From Thermoanaerobaculia bacterium (GTDB lineage Bacteria; Acidobacteriota; Thermoanaerobaculia; UBA5066): 24,511 bases of DNA. Both the position numbers and the translations under genes were made by a program. The notes under the pieces are model-generated. The model saw nothing but the letters and a program-made list of their open reading frames with translations. It ran no database searches and was not told the origin of the DNA. How positions within the stretch are numbered: the stretch's first letter is position 1; the number at the start of each line of letters is the position of its first letter. The stretch covers positions 1-24,511 of the forward strand of contig JBBRRY010000042.1 in the NCBI GenBank assembly GCA_038245905.1. The letters are read 5' to 3'. Below, piece after piece: positions 1 through 8,389 of this stretch.

Positions 1-2034
1 CTTCCGGTGGGCCCCCGGCTTGCCCGACGACTCGTAGAACATGCGCGCCGCGGCCCGGTAGAGGATGTCGTTCACGAGAGTCGACTTCCCGGAGCCGGAG
101 ACGCCCGTCACCGCCGTGAAGACACCGAGCGGGAACTTCGCGGTGACGTTCTTGAGGTTGTTCTCCGTCGCGCCCGCCACCGTCAGGAACTTCCCCGTGC
201 CCGAGCGCCGCTTCGCGGGCACCTCGATCGCGAGCTCGCCGGAGAGGTACTTGCCCGTGAGCGAGCGCGGAAAGTTCACGAGCTCGTCGGCATGGCCCTC
301 GCCCACGATCTCGCCGCCGTGGATGCCCGCGCCGGGGCCGAGGTCCACGACGCGGTCCGCGAAGCGGATCGTCTCCTCGTCGTGCTCCACGACGACGACG
401 GTGTTCCCGAGATCGCGCATCGCGACGAGCGTGTCGATGAGCTTCCGGTTGTCCTTCGCGTGGAGACCGATCGAAGGCTCGTCGAGGACGTAGAGGACGC
501 CCATCAGCTTGCTGCCGATCTGCGTCGCGAGGCGGATGCGCTGCGCCTCGCCGCCCGACAGCGTGGCCGAGGCGCGCGACAGCGAGAGATAGCCGATCCC
601 GACGTCGTTCAGGAAGCCGAGGCGGTCTCCGATCTCCTTCAGGATCTTCCCGGCGATCTCCCGCTCGCGCGGCGAGGGCTTGAAGCCATCGAAGAAAGCC
701 TTCGAGTCCTCGAGCGTCTCGGCCGTGAGGGTGTCGATCGGGCGGCCGTCCACGAGCACGGAAAGCGCTTCGGGCTTCAGCCGGCGGCCCTTGCACGCCG
801 GACAGGGCGAGGCCGACATGTAGTTCTCGAGCTCGGCCCGCGCCTCTTCGCTCTCGACTTCCTTGTATTTGCCTTCCAGCAGCGGCACGAGGCCCTTGAA
901 GGCCGACGACCAGTTGTACTCGCCCTTCTCGGACTTCCACTTCCACTTGATCTCTTTCGCGCCCGAGCCGTGGAGGATGACGTCCTGCACGTCCTTAGAG
1001 AGCTTCCTGAACGGCACGTCCAGGGAGAACTTCATCACCTTCGCGAGGTGCTCGATCTGCCGCAGTCGCCAGTTCGCCGAGCCCTGCTTGTAGAGCACGA
1101 TCGCGCCCTCGCGGATCGACTTCGACGTGTCCGGAATCAGCCGGTCCGGATCCACTTTCTGCACCGTGCCGAGACCGCTGCACCCGGGGCACGCGCCGAA
1201 CGGCGAGATGAACGAGAAGAGACGCGGCGTGATCTCGGTCAGCGACGTCCCGCAGTCGGGGCAGGCGTAGCTCGTCGAAAGCGTCTCGTCCGTCGTCGGC
1301 CCGTCGGCAGTCGCGCCGAGAGTCGCCACCGTGACGAGGCCCTTCCCCACCTTCGTCGCCGTCTCGAGGGAGTCCGTCAGGCGCCGGCGCGTGTCGTCGT
1401 CGCGCTTGACGACCAGGCGATCCACGATCACCTCGATCGTGTGCTTCTTCTGCTTGTCGAGCTCGGGCGGGCTCTCGAGGTCGACCATCTTTCCGTTGAC
1501 CCGGGCCCGGAGGAACCCCTGCTTGACCATCTCCTCCATCTGCTTCCGGTACTCGCCCTTCTTCCCCCGCACGAACGGCGCGAGAAGCATGAAGCGCGTG
1601 CCCTCCGGCATCGCGAGAATGCGGTCCGTCATCTGCTGGATCGTCTGGGCCGCGATCTCCTTGCCGCAGCTCGGGCAGTGCGGCCTGCCGATCGAGGCAT
1701 AGAGGAGACGGAGATAGTCGTAGATCTCCGTGACCGTGCCCACCGTCGACCGCGGATTCTTCGAGGTCGTCTTCTGCTCGATCGAGATCGCGGGCGACAG
1801 CCCCTCGATCGAATCCACGTCCGGCTTCTCCATCTGCTCGAGGAACTGCCGCGCGTATGCGGACAGGGACTCCACGTAACGCCGCTGCCCTTCCGCGAAC
1901 AGCGTGTCGAACGCGAGCGAGGATTTTCCGGACCCCGACACTCCCGTCAGCACGACGAGCGCGTTCCGCGGGATCGTGAGGGAGATGTTCTTGAGGTTGT
2001 GTTCGCGCGCTCCGCGAATGACGATCGAGTCCAT
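1..2034 (-). CDS. uvrA: Excinuclease ABC subunit A (3' end runs off the window)
   Basis: Manual translation from ATG at 2034: [65 protein letters not shown]. CxxC zinc fingers and [17 protein letters not shown]...[12 protein letters not shown] further on. Confidence 0.98.
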   Translation of the reverse strand, partial: MDSIVIRGAREHNLKNISLTIPRNALVVLTGVSGSGKSSLAFDTLFAEGQRRYVESLSAYARQFLEQMEKPDVDSIEGLSPAISIEQKTTSKNPRSTVGTVTEIYDYLRLLYASIGRPHCPSCGKEIAAQTIQQMTDRILAMPEGTRFMLLAPFVRGKKGEYRKQMEEMVKQGFLRARVNGKMVDLESPPELDKQKKHTIEVIVDRLVVKRDDDTRRRLTDSLETATKVGKGLVTVATLGATADGPTTDETLSTSYACPDCGTSLTEITPRLFSFISPFGACPGCSGLGTVQKVDPDRLIPDTSKSIREGAIVLYKQGSANWRLRQIEHLAKVMKFSLDVPFRKLSKDVQDVILHGSGAKEIKWKWKSEKGEYNWSSAFKGLVPLLEGKYKEVESEEARAELENYMSASPCPACKGRRLKPEALSVLVDGRPIDTLTAETLEDSKAFFDGFKPSPREREIAGKILKEIGDRLGFLNDVGIGYLSLSRASATLSGGEAQRIRLATQIGSKLMGVLYVLDEPSIGLHAKDNRKLIDTLVAMRDLGNTVVVVEHDEETIRFADRVVDLGPGAGIHGGEIVGEGHADELVNFPRSLTGKYLSGELAIEVPAKRRSGTGKFLTVAGATENNLKNVTAKFPLGVFTAVTGVSGSGKSTLVNDILYRAAARMFYESSGKPGAHRK

Positions 2035-2218
2035 GGGGGCGCGGATTATGAACCGGTTCCGCGGAACGCGCGCCTCGGAACCGGGTGGAACGAGCCCGTC
2101 TCGAGTCTCAAGAACCGGTCGCTCGAGGAGAAACAGCTCGTGCCGTGAGCCGGCCGATCGCACGATGCTCGGATCGACATTCTCCCGTGCGGAAGTATTC
2201 TAGGAGGCGGATGAGCGC

Positions 2219-3880
2219 GTGACGAAGAAGGTGCGCGGAAAATTTCTTTGCCGGATCTTCAGTGTCTTCTTGTGGTCTTCGGGTTCCCTGATCCCCACTT
2301 CTGCTGCCGCCATCACTCCGGGAGGCGGCTTGCGGGGCCCGGTTGTCGTGTACCTCATCGACACCCTTCGACGAGATCGTGTTTCCGTCTATGGCGCCCC
2401 GCATCCGACGACTCCTGCGGCCGAGCGGCTCTCGACCGAGGGGATCGTCTTCGAGAACGCCTATTCCCTGTCCTCCTGGACCCGGCCGTCCGTCGGGACG
2501 CTCCTGACGTCTCGACTCCCGGCGTCGATCGCCGCCATCGGTCGGTACGGCGTTCTCGACCCTGCGATTCCGTACCTCCCGGAGATGCTCAGGAAGTCGG
2601 GATGGGCGACTGCCGCGTTCGTGACGAATGGCAACGTTTTCGACCTGCGTCTCGGCTTTCAGAGAGGCTTCGACACGTTCCAACCGATTCCCGGGCGGGA
2701 GCACCTCGGGAAAGCCTATGCAAGGGAAGCCGTGGAGCCCGCGCTCCGGTTCGTACGAAGCCGGACGAGCCCCAACTTCTTCCTCTACGTCCACGTCGTC
2801 GATCCGCACGACCGACCCGACCCCGCTCTGGGCAAGAACGTCTACGATCTCGAGCCCGCCTACCGGGACCTCTTCGCCGGCGACACGCCGCAGCCCTCGC
2901 CGGGCGCCGGTGAGCGCACTCCGCCCGACTACGACCGTGCCGTCCGCCAGGCGGACGACCAGTTTGCACGTCTCGTCGCGGAGCTGAAAGCGAAGGGCTT
3001 CTGGGACTCGGCCCTCGTGTTCTACACCGCGGACCACGGAGAAGAATTCGGAGAGCACGGCGGCTGGGGTCACGGAAAGACCCTTTACGAGGAGCAAATC
3101 CGGATTCCGCTCGTCGTGAAACTGCCCGGGGGGCGTCAGGCCGGCACACGGAGGCGAGACCTCGTGAGCCTCGCGGACGTGGTCCCGACTGTCGCGAGTC
3201 TCCTCGGTCTCAAGCCATCGGGCGACTGGGTCGGCCGGAGCCTGCTCACTCCGGACGCCTCGCCGACGCTCTACTTTTCGGAGGATATCGACGACGTCCG
3301 GCTCTACGGCGCGAGGCGCGGGTCCGAGAAGCTCATCGTGACGCTCTACCCGCACGCGAAGCGCACGTCGTTCGCTCTCGACGCGGACCCGGCGGAAAAG
3401 GCAGGCGTCGCCGTCACGGCCGAAGCGCCGGGCTCAGCCGGGTCCACGAGCCTCTTCCGGCTGATGGAGGAGCTGCGGCGCCGGGAGATCGACTCATGCC
3501 CAACGCTGCGACTCGAAAAGGAGGGCGAGGAGGCGCTCCTGATCGACCTGAAGGCCAACCTCTCGGACTTCCCGAAGCCATTCCTGACCTTTGAGGACGC
3601 ACTCCACGCGCCTTCGATGACGGAAGGCGACGCGCTGACGATTCAGAAGACCCTGGCGGCGCAGGAGCCCTTCCGACTGATCCTATCCGCGAACGCGAAA
3701 GGCGAACTTCCACCCTATCGGCTGAACGTCACCTCCGAGAAGACGGACCAGGTCGTCGACACGAATAGCCCGCACTCGGCGTTCCGCGTTCGGAAGACCG
3801 TGCGACCAATCCTCCAAGGCCCGACGAGCGACGAAGTGCTCGCCCATCTGAAGAGCCTCGGATACCTCCGGGGTCCGTAG
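2219..3880 (+). CDS. Exported sulfatase-fold (alkaline phosphatase superfamily) protein with a C-terminal insertion
   Basis: YLIDTLRRD, SSWTRPSVGTLLTS, HVVDPHD, TADHGEEFGEHG, GHGKTLYEEQIRIPL and terminal LKSLGYL motifs. Signal-like N-terminus. AGGAGG at 2202-2207. Confidence 0.88.
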   Translation: MTKKVRGKFLCRIFSVFLWSSGSLIPTSAAAITPGGGLRGPVVVYLIDTLRRDRVSVYGAPHPTTPAAERLSTEGIVFENAYSLSSWTRPSVGTLLTSRLPASIAAIGRYGVLDPAIPYLPEMLRKSGWATAAFVTNGNVFDLRLGFQRGFDTFQPIPGREHLGKAYAREAVEPALRFVRSRTSPNFFLYVHVVDPHDRPDPALGKNVYDLEPAYRDLFAGDTPQPSPGAGERTPPDYDRAVRQADDQFARLVAELKAKGFWDSALVFYTADHGEEFGEHGGWGHGKTLYEEQIRIPLVVKLPGGRQAGTRRRDLVSLADVVPTVASLLGLKPSGDWVGRSLLTPDASPTLYFSEDIDDVRLYGARRGSEKLIVTLYPHAKRTSFALDADPAEKAGVAVTAEAPGSAGSTSLFRLMEELRRREIDSCPTLRLEKEGEEALLIDLKANLSDFPKPFLTFEDALHAPSMTEGDALTIQKTLAAQEPFRLILSANAKGELPPYRLNVTSEKTDQVVDTNSPHSAFRVRKTVRPILQGPTSDEVLAHLKSLGYLRGP

Positions 3881-3974
3881 CCGCAGCGCCGAGCCCGCCC
3901 GCCGGCTGCGGTCTCTCGGGAGTGCCTTCGAAGTGGTTCGCGAGGAGAAGGTCGTCGTGGTTCAGAACGCCAGG

Positions 3975-4004
3975 TTGGGGCCGCGGCGGATGCCGCGGCC
4001 CCAA
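3975..4004. terminator. 13-bp perfect stem hairpin between convergent genes, probable terminator
   Basis: TTGGGGCCGCGGC-GGAT-GCCGCGGCCCCAA. No clear U-tract. Confidence 0.6.
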
Positions 4005-4024
4005 AGACGAATTCCCGCGGGAAG

Positions 4025-5806
4025 CTACTTCTGCGTCTTGTCTACGACCTTACCGAAGTTCTGCGTCGACCGATGGGACCATTCCACGTCCCACCCGAGT
4101 CGTCGCGCAGTCGTCATGTTCGGCGTGCCGTCCTCGTTGTACGTGCCGTTGCGGACGAGGCTGAGCCTCTGCTCCGCCGAGAGGCCGTCGGGCATCTTCG
4201 CCGAGGGCCCGTCCGGCATGAATTCGTTGCTCTGAACCGTGACCTTCCAGTCCTTGAAGGTCCTCCGGATCCCGTTCACGTGGTAGAAGAACTCCACGTC
4301 CCTCGACGACTTCAGCTCGATGGAATCGAGACCGATCGACACGACGGCAACCTGCGAGAGGTCGCCGATCGGCGTCACCTGGATCGACAGGCCCTCGGTG
4401 TCCGTCACGAGCCGGAAGTCTTCGGGCACCTCGATGACCGCCTGCCGGCCGACGAAGCGGCCCCGGCCGCGGAAGTAGGTCCCTGCCTCCGGGCCCTCGA
4501 GCGCGACGTAGCGGATGACCATCCCGGCCTGGGTGGGATGAGGCTCTACGAAGGGCTTCGCGCCGCTCGCGCCCATGTTGCCGCTGGCGTAAACCGCCCA
4601 GTTCGTCGTACCGGACGTGCCCGCACCCCCGTGGACGCCGTACGTTGTGGTCGGTGTCGCATTGTCTCCGAGGATTCCGTACCCCGCAGTCACGCCGGCT
4701 GCCGTGTAAGCGCGGCCGAACACGGCGTAGGTGTTCGAGAATCCCCAGACGCCATTGTCCTTGCCGTCCCCTCGTATGCCACCCGGGACCCAACCGGCAG
4801 GGATCCCGACCGCCGCTCCCGCTCCCGTAATGGAGCCCTGTACAGCGGAGGAATCAGAGCTGCTGTCGGCCGTCTCGCCGAAGACCGCATAGGATTTTCC
4901 GGCCACGACGCTTGCCCCGATGCCGTGGACGCCGGCCGAGCCCGCGGCAGCGGTGGTGCCGATCTGGCCCTGGACGCCGAAGACCTTGCCCGTTCCGCCA
5001 GCGTAGCCGCCCACGCCGTGGGTCCCGTCCGCATTGTTGCCGTTCTGCCCGAGAACGCCCGCGACTCCGGCGGCCGTAGACTGCCCCAAGACACCGTTAC
5101 CGACACTCGAGGTTCCGAAGACGCCGGTGCCTCCGGAGCCGTACACGCCGACTCCGCTCGAGCCGCCGTACCCCAAAACGCCGTAACCGGTGGACGCCGT
5201 GGAAGTACCCCAGATTGCGTAATTCGAAGGCGTGTTGATGAAGAAGGTGGTCGCCGTGGGCTGCGTCGCGGCGTAGTAGCCGTTCACGTCGAAGAAGAGA
5301 TCGACGGTACCGGAGCCTTCGTTCACGACCGTGATCTGCCCGCTCGTCCCGAGCGGGACGACCGCCGCGTTCGCCAGCGCGAGGACGCCCGGGCTCCAGT
5401 TCAAGGTGGACACCGTCGCCGGCGTGCCCGTCGGATAGATGGCGAAGTCACCGTAGGAGGTCGTGTTCCACACTGCGAAGTTGAACGACACGGCGACGGC
5501 CGACGTCGGGATCCCGCATTTACCTGTGATCGTGAACGCGCGCGAAAGGCCCCCGGTCATGCTTGGCGGGCCGTAGCCCGACGGAAATCCGCTGCCCGCG
5601 CGCGTGTCGGCCATGCGGCACGGCGCGATCGGAATGAACGGGAGCGGGGCAGCACTCACGGCAAGCGCCGTCCGGCCTCCGGGCGAAGCCGACCACGTTG
5701 ACGGGGCAGCCCAGTTGCTGATACCGCCGCTCGCGCCCGCGGCAGCAGGCAACGCGACCGCAAAGGCGAGGGCAGCGCAAAGACCGATACCGAGGATTCG
5801 TTTCAT
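4025..5806 (-). CDS. Secreted Gly-rich fibre/adhesin-like protein, paralog B (593 aa)
   Basis: SD AGGAGG then ATG at 5806 (MKRILGIGLCAALAFAVALPAAA signal peptide). N-terminal PCRxADTR...DVNGYY domain, GVxG repeats, C-terminal KPFVEPHP...RYVALEGPEAGTYFRG domain. Function is inferred. Confidence 0.8.
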   Translation of the reverse strand: MKRILGIGLCAALAFAVALPAAAGASGGISNWAAPSTWSASPGGRTALAVSAAPLPFIPIAPCRMADTRAGSGFPSGYGPPSMTGGLSRAFTITGKCGIPTSAVAVSFNFAVWNTTSYGDFAIYPTGTPATVSTLNWSPGVLALANAAVVPLGTSGQITVVNEGSGTVDLFFDVNGYYAATQPTATTFFINTPSNYAIWGTSTASTGYGVLGYGGSSGVGVYGSGGTGVFGTSSVGNGVLGQSTAAGVAGVLGQNGNNADGTHGVGGYAGGTGKVFGVQGQIGTTAAAGSAGVHGIGASVVAGKSYAVFGETADSSSDSSAVQGSITGAGAAVGIPAGWVPGGIRGDGKDNGVWGFSNTYAVFGRAYTAAGVTAGYGILGDNATPTTTYGVHGGAGTSGTTNWAVYASGNMGASGAKPFVEPHPTQAGMVIRYVALEGPEAGTYFRGRGRFVGRQAVIEVPEDFRLVTDTEGLSIQVTPIGDLSQVAVVSIGLDSIELKSSRDVEFFYHVNGIRRTFKDWKVTVQSNEFMPDGPSAKMPDGLSAEQRLSLVRNGTYNEDGTPNMTTARRLGWDVEWSHRSTQNFGKVVDKTQK

Positions 5807-5878
5807 GGACCCACCTCCTGTGGTGCCCGAAGGCACATGGTTGATACGAGCCGGGTTGTTTCGTTCTAAGTCCCGGCT

Positions 5879-5907
5879 AACGTATATCCGGTCTCAGCGA
5901 GATGCAA
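5879..5907 (-). promoter_or_regulatory. Sigma70-type promoter of fibre gene B
   Basis: Minus strand TTGCAT-17 nt-TACGTT. Confidence 0.6.
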
Positions 5908-5919
5908 GCCCCCGCGCGG

Positions 5920-6110
5920 CCAGAATCGCGCCGGGTCCGGCGCAGGAACTCGAAAACCGCCGGCGGATAGGCGCGCCACGGCACCGGGTGCGGCTCGGTC
6001 GCCTGGCTGCGGCCGTCGGTCAGGTGATCCCACTTCGCGACGCACCACCAGAGCGACACGGTGCCCGTGCGCCCGCGAGGTCGCGGTCGAGGAACTTCGT
6101 ACGCGAGGCC
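5920..6110 (-). pseudogene. Diverged duplicate of the 3' end of the GT2 gene at 10369-11244
   Basis: Encodes VSLWWCVAKWDHLTDGRSQATEPHPVPWRAYPP as in the intact gene. Aligns with ~10426-10696 except for a 79-bp deletion at a GCC microhomology. Confidence 0.9.
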
Positions 6111-6123
6111 TCGGCTATCTCAA

Positions 6124-8298
6124 CTAGCGCGGGATCTGGAAGCGGACGTCCCCGGGGAAGGCGCGCTGCCCCCGGCGCCTGAGGACGGCGGCCCCTTCCG
6201 CGTCCGTTCCTGCTTCCAGCGCGATCATGGCTCTCTGGAGGACTTCGGAGCTCCGCGGGCTCCGTGCGACCGCCTGGTCCGCGAGCTTGCGGGCCTCCGG
6301 TGTGCGGCGTTCGAGCGCATAGGCCCGGCAGAGGGCGAGCGTCGACTCGTCGCGTCCGGGGAAGAGCCGGAGCTCGGTCTCCATCTCCGCCGCGCCCTCC
6401 GGCAGGCGGCCGAGCGCGACGAGGAGCTCGCCGCGGTAGAGGTGGAAGAGAACGAGCGGCTTCCCGCCGGACTCCCGGAGAGCCTGGAGCGCGAGATCCG
6501 TCTGAGCGAACGCCCCCTGCAGGTCGCCCTTCGCCTGAAGGACCCGCGCCAGGATCATGTGCGGCAGCGTCGGGGACGACGCGCTCGCGACGGTCGAACG
6601 GGCGGCTTCCTCGGCGCGGCCGACGTCGCCCAGTGCGAGGTAGATGTCGGGCAGGAGGAAGTCCGCCGTCACCTCGCCCATCTGACGCGCGAGCTGTGCG
6701 TGGCGCAGGGCCTCGGCGGCGTTCCCCTGCCGCAGGTACAGCTCGGCGAGGAGGTGGACAAGTTGGGGCGAGTCCGACGGGGCGCGGCGCATGCCTTCGC
6801 GCCCGGCCTCAATGGCGTCGTTCAGCCGGCCCACGCGGGACAGCGAGAGCGCGTAGGAGAACCAGACGTCGAAGAACGTCGGGCTCCCCTTCAGCACGGC
6901 CTCGAGCTGCGGGATCGCTTCGGCGTCTCGCCCGACCGCGCTGAGACTCATGGCCCGCTGGGCGACCGCGAAGTCCGCGATCCGGTCCTTGGGATCGGGG
7001 AGGGGCCCCGCGGCTCCGGGTGCCGCAGTCAGGTACCCGAGCGACGCGAGCTTCGCCTGGCGCTCTGCATCTGCGGCCGAGGGCGGCCGGAAGGACCTCT
7101 CGTAAGCCGAGAGCGCGACGCGCAGCGCGCGGAACGCGTCCGGCGCGCCCGCCGAAAGATCGGTGCGCTCTCCGGGGTCCGCGTCCATGTCGTAGATCTC
7201 GCTTCGCGGCGACTCGATGTAATGCCATCGGCCGTCCGTCAGCGACGCGAGGTCGCTCCATCCGAGGTGAAGGCGCGTGTAGAGCGTCTCCGAGTAGATC
7301 CGGCGGGCCACGGCCGGCTTCTCCGTCCGGCCGCCGAGCGCGTCCATCGCATGCGGCAGCGGCGGCACCGACCCGCGGACGGCGGAGAGGACCGTCGGAA
7401 AGACGTCCGCCAGACCTATCGGAAGGTCCGAAGACGCACCGGTACGAAGCGCGCGCGGGAGCTTCGCGACGAACGGCACGTGCAGAGCCTCGCGGTAGAG
7501 AAAGATCCCGTGCTCCATCTCCCCGTGATCGCCGAGGCCCTCGCCGTGGTCGGACACGAAGAGGATCAGCGCCGAATCATAGAGGCCTCGCCGCTTGAGG
7601 AACCCGAGAAAGCGGCCGACGACCTCGTCCGCCGCCGCAATCTCTCCGAGGTACGGTTGGCCCGCGTAGCGGCTCCGGAAGGGCTCCGGCGGCTCGTACG
7701 GAGCGTGCGGCTCGTAGAGGTGCAGGAATGCGAAGAGCGGCCGCTCGCCGACGCTTTCGATCCAGCGCTCGAGGAGCTCCTCCGTCACGGCGCCCGGCCT
7801 CTGCACCTCGCCCATCGCCTCGTAGGGAGCCGACGGCTCGAGGCGATCTTCGTAGAAGTCGAAGCCCCGGCCCACTCCGGTCGCCTTCGCGAGCACGAAC
7901 GACGACACCGCGGCGCCCGTCGCGTACCCGTCGACCTTGAGTTCTTCCGCGAGCGTCCGGACGTCTGCGTGCAATTCGTAGCCTGAGTTATCCCGCACGC
8001 CGTGCTCGAACGGCAGCCGGCCCGTGAGCATCGTGAGGTGTGAAGGAAGCGTGAGCGGCACATGGCTGAACGCGCGCGTGAAGAGGATTCCGTCGCGCCG
8101 CAGCGCGTCGATCGCCGGCGTCTCGACGCCCGTGAAGCCGTAGGCCGGCAGCCGGTCCGCGCGCAGCGTGTCGATCGAGATCAGGATGACGGGCGGTTTC
8201 GCGCGAGGGACCCAGGGCAGACGGGAGCACCCCGCGAAACTCGCCGCGGCGACCGCCAGAACGACCGCGAAGCGCGTTCGGCCTCTCACCCGCCACAC
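6124..8298 (-). CDS. Sulfatase-fold lipoprotein with C-terminal TPR repeats
   Basis: Lipobox-like FAGC, ISIDTLRAD, HVPLTLPSHLTMLTG, HLYEPHAPY, SDHGEGLGDHGE, KLASLGYL, then helical TPR-like repeats. Confidence 0.9.
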   Translation of the reverse strand: MWRVRGRTRFAVVLAVAAASFAGCSRLPWVPRAKPPVILISIDTLRADRLPAYGFTGVETPAIDALRRDGILFTRAFSHVPLTLPSHLTMLTGRLPFEHGVRDNSGYELHADVRTLAEELKVDGYATGAAVSSFVLAKATGVGRGFDFYEDRLEPSAPYEAMGEVQRPGAVTEELLERWIESVGERPLFAFLHLYEPHAPYEPPEPFRSRYAGQPYLGEIAAADEVVGRFLGFLKRRGLYDSALILFVSDHGEGLGDHGEMEHGIFLYREALHVPFVAKLPRALRTGASSDLPIGLADVFPTVLSAVRGSVPPLPHAMDALGGRTEKPAVARRIYSETLYTRLHLGWSDLASLTDGRWHYIESPRSEIYDMDADPGERTDLSAGAPDAFRALRVALSAYERSFRPPSAADAERQAKLASLGYLTAAPGAAGPLPDPKDRIADFAVAQRAMSLSAVGRDAEAIPQLEAVLKGSPTFFDVWFSYALSLSRVGRLNDAIEAGREGMRRAPSDSPQLVHLLAELYLRQGNAAEALRHAQLARQMGEVTADFLLPDIYLALGDVGRAEEAARSTVASASSPTLPHMILARVLQAKGDLQGAFAQTDLALQALRESGGKPLVLFHLYRGELLVALGRLPEGAAEMETELRLFPGRDESTLALCRAYALERRTPEARKLADQAVARSPRSSEVLQRAMIALEAGTDAEGAAVLRRRGQRAFPGDVRFQIPR

Positions 8299-8314
8299 GC
8301 CTCGAGTCTAGGGG

Positions 8315-8347
8315 AAAGAAAAAGGGCCGCGGTTTCCCACAGCCCTT
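8315..8347 (-). terminator. Intrinsic terminator after fibre gene A
   Basis: Minus strand AAGGGCTGTGG-GAAA-CCGCGGCCCTT followed by TTTCTTT. Confidence 0.75.
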
Positions 8348-8389
8348 CCCGGAGTCTCTCAGGGTTGCCTCGATGGCCGGGCGACCCGC

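Noticed and set aside
7-2148. 713-aa plus-strand ORF
   Set aside because: Antisense shadow of uvrA. Arg-rich with no motifs, as expected from high-GC codon bias.
2202-2222. Mini-ORF ATG AGC GCG TGA overlapping the sulfatase GTG
   Set aside because: The SD is only 3 nt from this ATG and can serve the GTG directly. No evidence of function.
3881-3970. Weak CCGCAGC/GCTGCGG stem and a SAFEVVREEK reading resembling the sulfatase C-terminus
   Set aside because: Too short to distinguish from chance in GC-rich DNA.
6061-7986. 641-aa plus-strand ORF (likewise 4073-5701 + and 2108-3355 -)
   Set aside because: Antisense shadows of well-supported genes.
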